Source of the DNA: Paraspadella gotoi
Lineage: Eukaryota > Animalia > Chaetognatha
DNA length: 64,000 nucleotides
NCBI GenBank assembly: GCA_051294375.1
Contig: CM119267.1
Span: 3,159,344-3,223,343 of the forward strand
Reading direction: 5' to 3'
A program made the translations under genes and the position numbers. This document shows positions 53,950 to 64,000 of the stretch, piece after piece; the stretch's first letter is position 1, and every line of letters begins with the position of its first letter. The notes under the pieces are model-generated. The model had not been told where the DNA came from. It was given only the letters and a program-made list of their open reading frames with translations, and ran no database searches.

Positions 53950-54720
53950 CCTTCTGATCAATTTTTCATTTATTAATTTTACCATGGCTTCTCTGTTGCG
54001 CGCGTCTGTTTCAGTTATCCTTCCTAACCGCCAGACGTCTCATGGAAGGTTGTTTTCTACTACTATCACTAATTTTCCTATTTTCATGTCGTCATATGAT
54101 TTTGTCCATTTTTGTCGTTTTTGGAGAGTTGTCAAATATTCGGTTGACCATCTGGTCCAAAATTCATCCGCTGCTTCTCTTACTTGTTTCCAAGTCGCCC
54201 TCATTCGGTCTCCCTCTTCTGGAGTGTGAGGTAGTAAAGTCAATGCTGTTGACGAGTGGGTATATGGGTATATAAAGTTCATGGGAGATAGTACTGTCTC
54301 TTCGGTTGGATCTGAGGATGTGTATGTAAGGGGTCGATGGTTCAGTATCCCTGATATTTCGCATAGTATTGTCGTAAAAGTGTCTAGATCTGGCTGTTGG
54401 GGCATGGCCGTAGCGATGTGTTTTTTTGCTGATTTTACCATTCTTTCCCAGATTCCTCCCCAATGGAGGGCGTTTGGTGGGCTGAATTTTCATTCTATCC
54501 CTCTCATGGCTACTTCTTCCGTCAGCTCTCTATCTTGTTTCATTGTTGTTAGTTGTTTTTCAATTTTGTTGGCTGCCCCAGTGAAGTTTGTTCCATTGTC
54601 TGATACCAATACTTCCCATCCGGGACAAGAATATAGGGCATTAAGGACGGAGATTGTCGACATATCTTTGAGAACTTCAAATGTGACCGCCCTGGTGGCG
54701 AGGCATGTTAACAGCAACAC
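53950..54720 (-). pseudogene. BEL/Pao integrase core plus C-terminal (DUF5641-like) region
   Basis: LLLTCLATRAVTFEV, SDNGTNFTGA, WGGIWERMVKSAK, EISGILNHRPL, FWTRWSTEYLTTLQKRQKW, W.LGRI; two in-frame TGA stops. Confidence 0.92.
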
Positions 54721-55106
54721 GTTTATTTGTTTAATATTGCTTCTTTGATTAATTAGTTAGTATTTCATTGATTTTATTGTGTGAATATCTATGTGCTTTG
54801 ATTATTTTATTAAGGTACTAAATATTAGAACGGGAATCACGTGACTTTCAAGAATAAGCATTTAAAATAAACATTTGCGGCGCCATTGGTCTCGGGGTCT
54901 TCAGTCCGTTTGAGGCTCTACGTCTTCGTCCGTCTACCCCCCCCGGGTCCTGGAGGGGTTTCTTTACACTCTTACATCTATGGCTCCAGTTTGCCAAGTT
55001 TAAAAAAGGGGAAAAAACCAAAGAAAGATAAATTATTTAAATTTCAACATTTCACTCTGCTCCGTCTTCTCAGCACCGCGTCTCTAATATCTACGCGCAG
55101 AATTTC

Positions 55107-55572
55107 ATGTGGGAGTCCTCCCACATGGGATTCCTCCCACACATGATTTCTCCCACATGGGATTCCTCCCACGCAGGATTCCTCCCACACGAGATTCATC
55201 CCACTTGGGATTCTTCCCAAAAAAATCAACTTTAGATTCATTAATAAAATTTTTTTTCCCTATTGGACGATGTGGGAGAAATCCCGCGTTGGAGGAATCC
55301 CGTATGAGAGGCATCCTGCGTGGCAGGAATCCTGTGTGGGAGGAATCCCGTGTGGGAGTAATCTTGCGTGGAAGAATTCCCGCATGGAAGGAATTTCGTG
55401 TGGGAGGAATCCCGTGTGGGAGGAATCCCGCTTGGGAGGAAGGCCAAACGTGAGAGAATCCTGCTAGGGAGGAATCCCGCATGGGAGGAATTCCTTTGGG
55501 AGGAATCCCGTGTGGGAGGAAACCCGTGTGGGATGAATCCCGCGTGGGAGGAATCCCATGTGGGAGGGATCC
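55107..55572. repeat. Inverted pair of 17-bp tandem arrays (tgggaggaatcccgtg-type unit)
   Basis: gggattcctcccacac-type units at 55107-55220 face tgggaggaatcccg units at 55270-55572. Confidence 0.9.
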
Positions 55573-55897
55573 CAATGGAACCTAAACAGGACCCGTTTGA
55601 ATTGAAATTTACTTTCAATATAGCAGTAACAGTACAATAATTTCAAATAATATGCGAACCACTAAAATCAATCTTGAAAAATACTAGACAACAATAATAG
55701 CAAAGCTACAATGAGAAGAAAAAAAAGGAATGTATTAGTAAGCAACTGCTCACAGTATGATTAATATTATGATATTTAAATATTTTTAATGGCAACTTTA
55801 CGATAATGAAAGTGAACAGAGCAGGCTACATGCCTTGTTCAATAGATAAAAATTCAAAGATCGAGTAATTGCGAACTATACTACAGCTGGTACCCCC

Positions 55898-56305
55898 TCA
55901 AAACTCCCTTTCCTCTCTTTCCGCCTCAGCCACGAGTTCTTTAAGATCTTGTATGAGGCCACTATGATTTTGGGCGAGGAATCGCCTTAACCCTTCTCTT
56001 CCCCTTTTCAATACTTTTAGTTCAACGTCCCAACGATGACTTGTTTCTAGGAGACGGAAGTAAGATTTTAGTGCGTTATGCACTCCATGGATTAGCCATA
56101 AGTCTTTTTTATACGAATACGCAGCACGGAGCCCCATATCTTCTTCTTGCGTCGCCGGAAGTACAATTAGGTTGAACATCAAGGCTATCCCACAGACACA
56201 GTTTCCCCCGTCGAATAGAAGCGTCGTCCGGTTTAGAAATCGCCCGCAGCAAAGGCTATGATTAATTAAGGATTTATTAATTTTATCTTTATTATATTTA
56301 TGCAA
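55898..56305 (-). CDS. 135-aa ORF inside the LTR U3 region, unknown function
   Basis: Open here; the homologous region ~25138-25547 in the other LTR copy is frame-disrupted. Confidence 0.35.
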   Translation of the reverse strand: MHKYNKDKINKSLINHSLCCGRFLNRTTLLFDGGNCVCGIALMFNLIVLPATQEEDMGLRAAYSYKKDLWLIHGVHNALKSYFRLLETSHRWDVELKVLKRGREGLRRFLAQNHSGLIQDLKELVAEAEREEREF

Positions 56306-58219
56306 TTTTTTATATCACTAAGTTGATTCGTCCATATGCTTATTATGGTACAATGAACACTTAATAAGGTACAGTAATACTGGGCAATGGGCACCTCACA
56401 ATGTATACTTGTATTATTTACTTTATATTATCTTTTTACTAATGAAGATAACTGGATAATCACTGGCAATTCACATCTGTTTCACAGAACCTATAGCATT
56501 AGGAGGTGTATTAAATCTGGAAATTTTTCCACTCAAAGGCTTAATCAAAAAATCTGTCAAATGTTAAAATTGCCCGTGAGTTTCAAACGAAGAGTAGTTT
56601 ATTGTGATGTTGAAGTTCAACTCTGCATAAATATTATTTTACTTCAAATGTCGAATTACAATACCACATTTTCAAACGTTTATTATTGTTAATCTTACAT
56701 TTTGGGCCAGTTAGGGATTTTTATTTTTATTCTCAAAAATCGATCTTTTATTTCTAATCTGTAACGTCGACTGTCTCGTAGCGACTTCAAAAACGGTAGT
56801 GCAGGGGGGAATTATTTACTAAGCAACTCAAATAAACAAAATACGTCGACGTCGTATAGTAACGCTAGTAAGGCTATGCAAATGCAGTTATCAGCTATTC
56901 AGTAGACGTTTACGACTATTCTTTACAAGGTGCGTATGTGGCTGCGTCCTCATCCTTTTCTCCCTTACTTCCATCATGCACGGCGCGTGATTGCAGAAGC
57001 GGCAATCAGAGATTTTCGCCAATACCGCGTGGACCGTCACTGCCCTTCCGCCTTCACCGATGGTGGTCGCCGCATGGATAAACTCTGCCACATTGTGGTA
57101 CAACCTAAAAATTTAGATCATTTTTATAATTACAACTAGGTTTTTCATTTTACCTTAACACTTTTACCACGTTACCACTTTCAATTTCGCATTTAAATTA
57201 TAATATATTGACCTTTTAATTTTATTTTNNNNNNNNNNNNNNNNNNNNNNNNNNNNNNNNNNNNNNNNNNNNNNNNNNNNNNNNNNNNNNNNNNNNNNNN
57301 NNNNNNNNNNNNNNNNNNNNNNNNNNNNAGAGAGAGAGAGAGAACGCAGATATCCGGTTTTCTTTTTCTGCCTTTGTTCTCTTTTTTCCTCCTTTTATTA
57401 TCTTTTTTCCTTCTTTCCTTCTCTTTTTTTCTCCTCTTCTTCTCTTTTTTCATCCTTTTCTATTCTTTTTTCGTCCTTTTCTATTCTTTTTTTCTCCTTT
57501 CATTATCTTTTTTCCTTCTTTCCTTCTCTTTTTTCCTCCTCTTCTCTTTTTTCCTCCTTTTCTTATCTTTTTTTCCTCTAATATTTGCCCGCGCCATCTC
57601 TCTTTGGCTTTTCCTCTTTCCCGCCAAAGCTTCCTTCTTCCCAATCAGTCATGAGAGAAAAAATAGATTTTTCTTCTTTTGCTCAATGAAAGGATTTTTT
57701 CTTTTGTATTTGACCATGACGAAATACAAGACTAATATATATATTTACAATGTTCTTATACTTTTATGTTACTTAGTTACATAAGTATTTGCACCAAATA
57801 TGATAAAATAACAGACAGAAAAGGATCTTTCTTTCTTTCTTTCTTTTTTCATTCATTCTTTCTTTCTTTCTTTCTTTCTATCTTTCTTTCTCTTAATCTC
57901 CGTTCGAACTTTCCCCCATATTTCCCAATTGCGCCCAGCTCCATCACGCTGCAAAAAAAAAGAAACTTCACCAATTCATTCATTCTTCTCAATTCATCTT
58001 TTACAGAAAAAAAAAAGAAAAAAAAAGAAAAAAATAGTTTTCACTTTTCTCTTCTCTTTTTTTTTTGTTCTTTTGTCAAATTGGAATCAAAAACTAGGAC
58101 GAACTATTTTTTTTTTCTTTTTAATTCTGTCGACGCAAACGAGAAAACAAAAAAGCAGACGCTCTTTCATTCAAAAAGCAGACGCTCTTTCATTTTCGTA
58201 TTCATGCGAAATGTGACTC

Positions 58220-58522
58220 CTTTTTTATTTGCGCCGCGAGTATTCGCGGAGCCACTCTATAAGTCACTTTCGGTCGGTCGGTCGGTCGCTATGTCTGTCC
58301 GTAGGTCTGTCCCACTTACGTTAAAAATGCATATAATTTGTCTATAGTTCATGAATGCTCATTTGTTAAGACAGAAAAAAACCTAAAATCTAAGAGTCTG
58401 CTAGTGCATGTAATGTCATCTAGCGTCATGCCATGTAATGTCATGTCATGTCATGTCACGAAAAATACACGTGATAAGGCAGTCACTGCGGCGCAACACA
58501 TTTCAATTACCGTTCTTGTTTT
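58220..58522 (+). mobile_element. Helentron/DINE-like element (family A)
   Basis: T-run start, ttgcgccgc / gcggcgcaa subterminal inverted repeat, 5' hairpin, (GTCG)n, (atgtc)n, end cttgtttt. Confidence 0.75.
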
Positions 58523-60984
58523 TTCTTTTTTTTTCTCCTTTTTTCTCCTTTTTTTTCGTCTTTTGTTTGTTTGTTTTCGCGTTCAATATTTTTTTTTTCT
58601 TTTTTCCGTTCCCTCTCGTCCTACTTTTATATTTCTGATCCCTTTTTCTTTCTTTTCTTCCATTCGTATTCATTGTAACTTTAGCTTCGATTTTGTTAAT
58701 TCAAAACAGTTTTTTTTCTTCTTTTATATTTTTCATCCAATTATTTATTTTCTTTCTTTAAAAAAATCTAATTGATCTTCGTTTATTTTCTATTCAAATT
58801 ATTNNNNNNNNNNNNNNNNNNNNNNNNNNNNNNNNNNNNNNNNNNNNNNNNNNNNNNNNNNNNNNNNNNNNNNNNNNNNNNNNNNNNNNNNNNNNNNNNN
58901 NNNNNNNNNNNNNNNNNNNNNNNNNNNNNNNNNNNNNNNNNNNNNNNNNNNNNNNNNNNNNNNNNNNNNNNNNNNNNNNNNNNNNNNNNNNNNNNNNNNN
59001 NNNNNNNNNNNNNNNNNNNNNNNNNNNNNNNNNNNNNNNNNNNNNNNNNNNNNNNNNNNNNNNNNNNNNNNNNNNNNNNNNNNNNNNNNNNNNNNNNNNN
59101 NNNNNNNNNNNNNNNNNNNNNNNNNNNNNNNNNNNNNNNNNNNNNNNNNNNNNNNNNNNNNNNNNNNNNNNNNNNNNNNNNNNNNNNNNNNNNNNNNNNN
59201 NNNNNNNNNNNNNNNNNNNNNNNNNNNNNNNNNNNNNNNNNNNNNNNNNNNNNNNNNNNNNNNNNNNNNNNNNNNNNNNNNNNNNNNNNNNNNNNNNNNN
59301 NNNNNNNNNNNNNNNNNNNNNNNNNNNNNNNNNNNNNNNNNNNNNNNNNNNNNNNNNNNNNNNNNNNNNNNNNNNNNNNNNNNNNNNNNNNNNNNNNNNN
59401 NNNNNNNNNNNNNNNNNNNNNNNNNNNNNNNNNNNNNNNNNNNNNNNNNNNNNNNNNNNNNNNNNNNNNNNNNNNNNNNNNNNNNNNNNNNNNNNNNNNN
59501 NNNNNNNNNNNNNNNNNNNNNNNNNNNNNNNNNNNNNNNNNNNNNNNNNNNNNNNNNNNNNNNNNNNNNNNNNNNNNNNNNNNNNNNNNNNNNNNNNNNN
59601 NNNNNNNNNNAGTCGGTTCGCGGCCATCTGAATTTTTAACGTGCATTTTATCGCGCGCAGTTTTACATGAACCAAACCGATGCGCGCAGATTGCACGCAC
59701 CAAACCGGCGCGAGTAATTCGCATGCACGCTTTGTCTCTTAGATTCACGAGATTAAATCTTAAAGAAAGAAAAAAGTTCACGGTGAGAATCTGGGTCAGA
59801 AGGCGAAGATTCACGCGGAGAAAAAAAAAAGAATCCGTGATTTCGCGAAAACGTGATTATGAGAAAAGAGGGATGTGACGGCGAAGGCGTGGCGAGATAT
59901 GATAGAAAGAAAGGAGACGTGATAAGATAAGGAGAGAAAAGTTCATTCGATAAATGGATAAGGAGTGATAAAAGTGGGACAGGAAAGAGACACGTGACTC
60001 GGTTGTGATAACGTGAAATATCGAAGAGGGCGGTGAGATGGAAAGATATGGAACGATGCCAATTTAAGAGAGGGAATGCAAATACAGGGTGGAAAGAGAA
60101 TACAGGGTGGTAAGCAAATACTAAGTAAAACGCTCTCCTTTGTATCGGCCGCTGATATGAGGATAAGTAGATTGTCCGATATGAGTGTTGAGTAATTGGA
60201 CTTAGACGACGACGGACGACGACGACGACGACGACGACGACGACTGCGGACGACAACGACGTCGACGACGACGACGACGACGACCAAAAAAAAAGAAGAC
60301 ATCGATCGATTTTTCTGCGTCTTCCCTGACATCTGCATTCTGCAATTTTCCATTTTTGTATCTCAAACTTTTTCGTTGGAATCCTCGTTCTATTTGATTT
60401 CGATGAAATTGATACAAACAATATAACAATTATATTTCTTGCCCCTGACTTCGGATCGGTTACCGTGGTTTAAGGCCTGTATCACTGTTACAAGAAAATT
60501 ACATAGCAGGACCGCACAAGCTTTTAATCAAGAGAAGTCTCACAGTCTAGTTTAGTCACTTCCAAAGTCAATGAAGTGGTATAATATAATATATAATAAA
60601 ATATAATATAATAAAGTATAATATAAAATTTCAAAGAATGTTTAAACTCACTTAAGTATAAGATCATGGAATATTACAATATTCTACTCCGCACAAGCAT
60701 CTAAATACAATGAACTGAATTTTACGAAATTGGTACAACCAATATAAAAATAATCCATTAATTTTATAAATAAGCTATCGTACCCCTCTATTTGGACAAT
60801 TTGTGTTCAATTTGAGATTCAATTTGTGCTGAGCGTTGTTGACAGAACCACCATTTCTTTCTTCGAGCAATTCTTGCAATTTATTGCGTCACAAACTCGG
60901 GAGGACTTCAACGAACCAACTGCAACGAACCAACTGCAACGACCAAGAGCAACGAACGGATGCCAAGTCACGTCGCCTCTAGAA

Positions 60985-61075
60985 TCGTACATCCGGGTCA
61001 GAACCGGAAGTAGAGATGACGTCATCCGCGAAAGAGACGACAACCGGATGTACAGATGGAATTTAAGATGGCGCC
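60985..61075. promoter_or_regulatory. CpG-rich promoter-like motif cluster (ETS, CRE, YY1)
   Basis: ACCGGAAGT 61003-61011, TGACGTCA 61017-61024, AAGATGGCG 61065-61073. Confidence 0.35.
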
Positions 61076-61460
61076 ATTAGTATAGATGATCCTAGGACGA
61101 GAATGACGACGGCGACGACGATGAAGACGATAACAACGACGACGACAAAAGTAGAAATGACCAAAACGACGACGAATTCTGAGTGACTCTCTTCTTCTTT
61201 TCGCGCGTGAGGGACAGAAATGTCACGCCGCCTCGAGATTTCGTGCTTCGCGTCCCGCGAATGTCACGATCCAGTCACGTGACATGTCACGCTCGCGTTA
61301 CGGGACACATGTCACGCATTTCGTCCCGAATCGGAGAAGGACAAGATTTTTTTGGGACTGGAATGTCACAAGACAAATTTTCTCGTTGACTAATGACTAT
61401 CGGTGATGAATGATTATTTATGATTGATGATAAACGAAAATCAAGAGAAAAAAATTGATT

Positions 61461-61604
<144 letters not shown>

Positions 61605-61920
61605 ACTACATTTCTCTATTTATAACGAATATAACACACTAAAGGAAACAATTTTTCAGTGGAAAAGAAAATAAAAAGTTAAAAAACCAAATGATTCTGT
61701 TGGAATCGTTTTGTGAGGAGATGAAGCGTTTCTCAACTTCTGCCTTCATCGACGATTCGACACACGACAACAATTACAGGTTTTATTGTCATTAATACTG
61801 TTAATATTCATTGTCCTTGGCCTTCGTCGTTGTCCTCGGCGCTTTTTGTTCGAAATATTCCTTGTCCTTTCTGTCCTTATGGTCAATTGGTCATCATCGT
61901 TTTTTACGTTCCATTTTTTT

Positions 61921-62207
61921 CGTCTTCTTCGTCGTCGTCATCGTCGTCGTCGTCCTCTTGGTCATCGTCGTCGTCGTCATCGTCATCTTCGCCGTCGTCA
62001 TCGTCATCAATCGTCGTCCGTCATCGTCCATCATCGTCGCATGGTCCTCTTTGTCGTCGTCGTCGTCATCATCATCGTCATCGTCATCTTCGCGGTCGCT
62101 CATCTACATCCGTCGTCGTCGTCGTCATGGTCCAATTTGTGTCGTTCGTCTGTCGTCGTCGTCCGTCATCGTTGTCGTCGTCGTCATCGTCGTCGTCGTC
62201 ATCGTCG
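61921..62207. repeat. Degenerate (TCG/TCA)n trinucleotide tract
   Basis: Seen directly; similar (GAC)n tracts at 16647, 28079 and 60205. Confidence 0.9.
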
Positions 62208-62934
62208 CCCCTCCCCTTTCCAACCCCAACAACTCGATTTCCCGTCGCGAAAATCTCTGCGAACAAAAAACCCCGAGCGTCGGATCCTTTTAATCTCCCC
62301 CGTCTCGAGGGGGAAAAAAATTGACCAGGAATAACTCAATCTTGACCCGGAACGACCTGACCCGAACCCAATCTGACCTCATCTGATCCGAAAAAGGGGT
62401 CTTTTTTTTTCTCGCCCGGAAACAAAAGATTCCGTCGACCGAAATATTATAATTATGACGGATGAAAAGATAATACAGTCCTGTGCAAAAAAAAAGAGGA
62501 CACTCTTCAAACATTAAGGAGCGCTCATTTTAAGCACCTATTATAAAAAATTTATGAATGATAAATGTAGATTTTGAAATGGGAAATCCATATGTCTAAG
62601 TTAAAAGAAAATCGGTTCAAGCATTGAAGAGCTATAGCTTCCGAAAGACAAGCGGTCAAAAAATATTCGTCATTTGAGTCACTTCGAAAGAAAACATTTT
62701 TGAAGATCTGCCAAAGACCGAAGATTAGTTTTTAGCCTTAATTTATGGGCACTGTATTTATGTTTTATATGTAAATTATATATATGTGTAACATTAAAAA
62801 AAATCGGTCCAGTCATTCCAGAACTACAGTACCTTAAACACAAGAGGTTAAAAATACTTATAAGTTTCAATCTTTTCCTCTCTCTTTCTTCCCCCCCCCC
62901 CGGCCGTTTGATTCAAAAGGTCAAACTTGTTCGC

Positions 62935-63975
62935 TTTTTTTAGTGGATCTGCTTATCAGCAGATCCCGACTCTATGAATTCACTTTGTCGGTCCGTCGGT
63001 CGCGCCCCCTCAATATTGTCGGGCACACACTTATATCATGTCAGAACATCGAATTATGATAAATTATGCAAAAAAAAATTGATGTCCGTCCGTCCGTCCG
63101 TCCGTCCGTCCGTCCCACCTTAGCAAAAAAACACCAATCACTCGTGATTGGATGGATGGATTGGTATGAAATTTTTTGTGTGTTGGTAGGAAACTGTGTG
63201 ATTGAGATGGATATGAAGTTTTGAGGGAATGTGCGAGTGGAAATTGGTTTAAATGGAAAAAACAAAAAAATATTTTACTATTTGAACGCCAATGCTCATG
63301 AGTGGATAGGGCAATTGACTTGAAATTTTGTATGATGGTAGGAAAGTTGTGATTGAGCTGGATATAAAGTTCGAAGGAATCATGAGAGTGGAAATGAGTT
63401 AAAATGGAAAAAACAAAAGTCTATTTTTTACTTGAAGTATTTTTACTTAAATTTACTCATAATTATTATTTTTTAAAAATTGGATAGATAAATGAAATTG
63501 AATTTTGTGTGTGGGTAGAAAGTATGTGATGAAAGCTGGATATAAATTTTTTGATGGAATGTAGGAGTGGAAAAGAGTTCAAATTAGAAAACCAAAACAC
63601 AATTTATTTGAATTTTTTAAAGTTTCTCTCTCTCTATCTTCTCTGATTGATTGATTGATTGATTGATGTGATTGAATTGATTGATTGATTGCCAAATTAT
63701 GCAAATTGACCAAATTTGCCAAAGTTGATCAAGTTCTGCAAGTTGACCCAAATATGCAAGTTGACCAAATTCAGGCCAGTTGATAAAATTCTGCCAGTTG
63801 ACCAAATTATCGCCGGTTGACCAAATTATATCAGTAGACCAAATTAAATCAGTTAACCAAATTATGTCAGTTGACCAAATTATGCATGTTGATTAAATTA
63901 TGCAAGTTGACCAAGTTAGCTTATTACCACTTAATTATCGTAGGCAGATCCGACATTGTTTGCTCAAACTTGTTT
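62935..63975 (+). mobile_element. Helentron/DINE-like element (family B)
   Basis: T-run start, ggatctgc / gcagatcc subterminal inverted repeat plus 5' hairpin, (GTCC)n at 63084-63114, internal ~115-bp repeats and ttgaccaaattat array, end cttgttt. Confidence 0.7.
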
Positions 63976-64000
63976 CTTTCTGTTCTTAAAGTCAATGACT

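Larger units (their letters stand above)
50643..56475 (-). mobile_element. Composite element bounded by the two ends of the Gypsy LTR, with integrase cargo
   Basis: 50643-50712 matches LTR 23308-23377; 55577-56475 matches 24377-24432 plus 24874-25715; the interior is unrelated cargo. No convincing TSD. Confidence 0.7.

Noticed and set aside
50638-56480. Target-site duplication around the composite element
   Set aside because: The flanks gtcat and tctgt do not match, so independent integration is not demonstrated.
58772-59878. Long ORFs of 300-368 aa
   Set aside because: They consist almost entirely of N-gap residues.
62476-62930. Tc1-like terminus TA-cagtcctgtgcaaaa
   Set aside because: No matching second TIR found inside the window.

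Overview
Repeat-rich, gappy eukaryotic (animal-like) genomic DNA with spliceosomal introns; the organism cannot be named from the sequence. Host genes: (i) a minus-strand multi-exon low-complexity gene with SEGE motifs and a long Gly/Ala tract that runs off the left edge; (ii) a 3-exon, unusually long XK-related (XKR scramblase family) membrane-protein gene. Its second intron coincides with a TIR element, which itself carries a nested Tc1 remnant. Mobile DNA: a Ty3/Gypsy element with intact gag, a canonical -1 frameshift signal and an intact PR-RT-RNaseH pol but no integrase, next to a PBS and a ~2.4-kb LTR. About 25 kb away, a 5.8-kb composite element reuses both ends of that LTR and carries only integrase regions, one BEL/Pao-type and one Gypsy-type. 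The window also holds several Helentron/DINE-like elements, MITEs, minisatellites, a RING-finger remnant, and a ~6.8-kb tandem duplication plus a ~1-kb inversion that look at least partly like assembly artefacts. The best candidates for something new are the split integrase-less/integrase-only LTR pair and the MITE-derived, introner-like intron.
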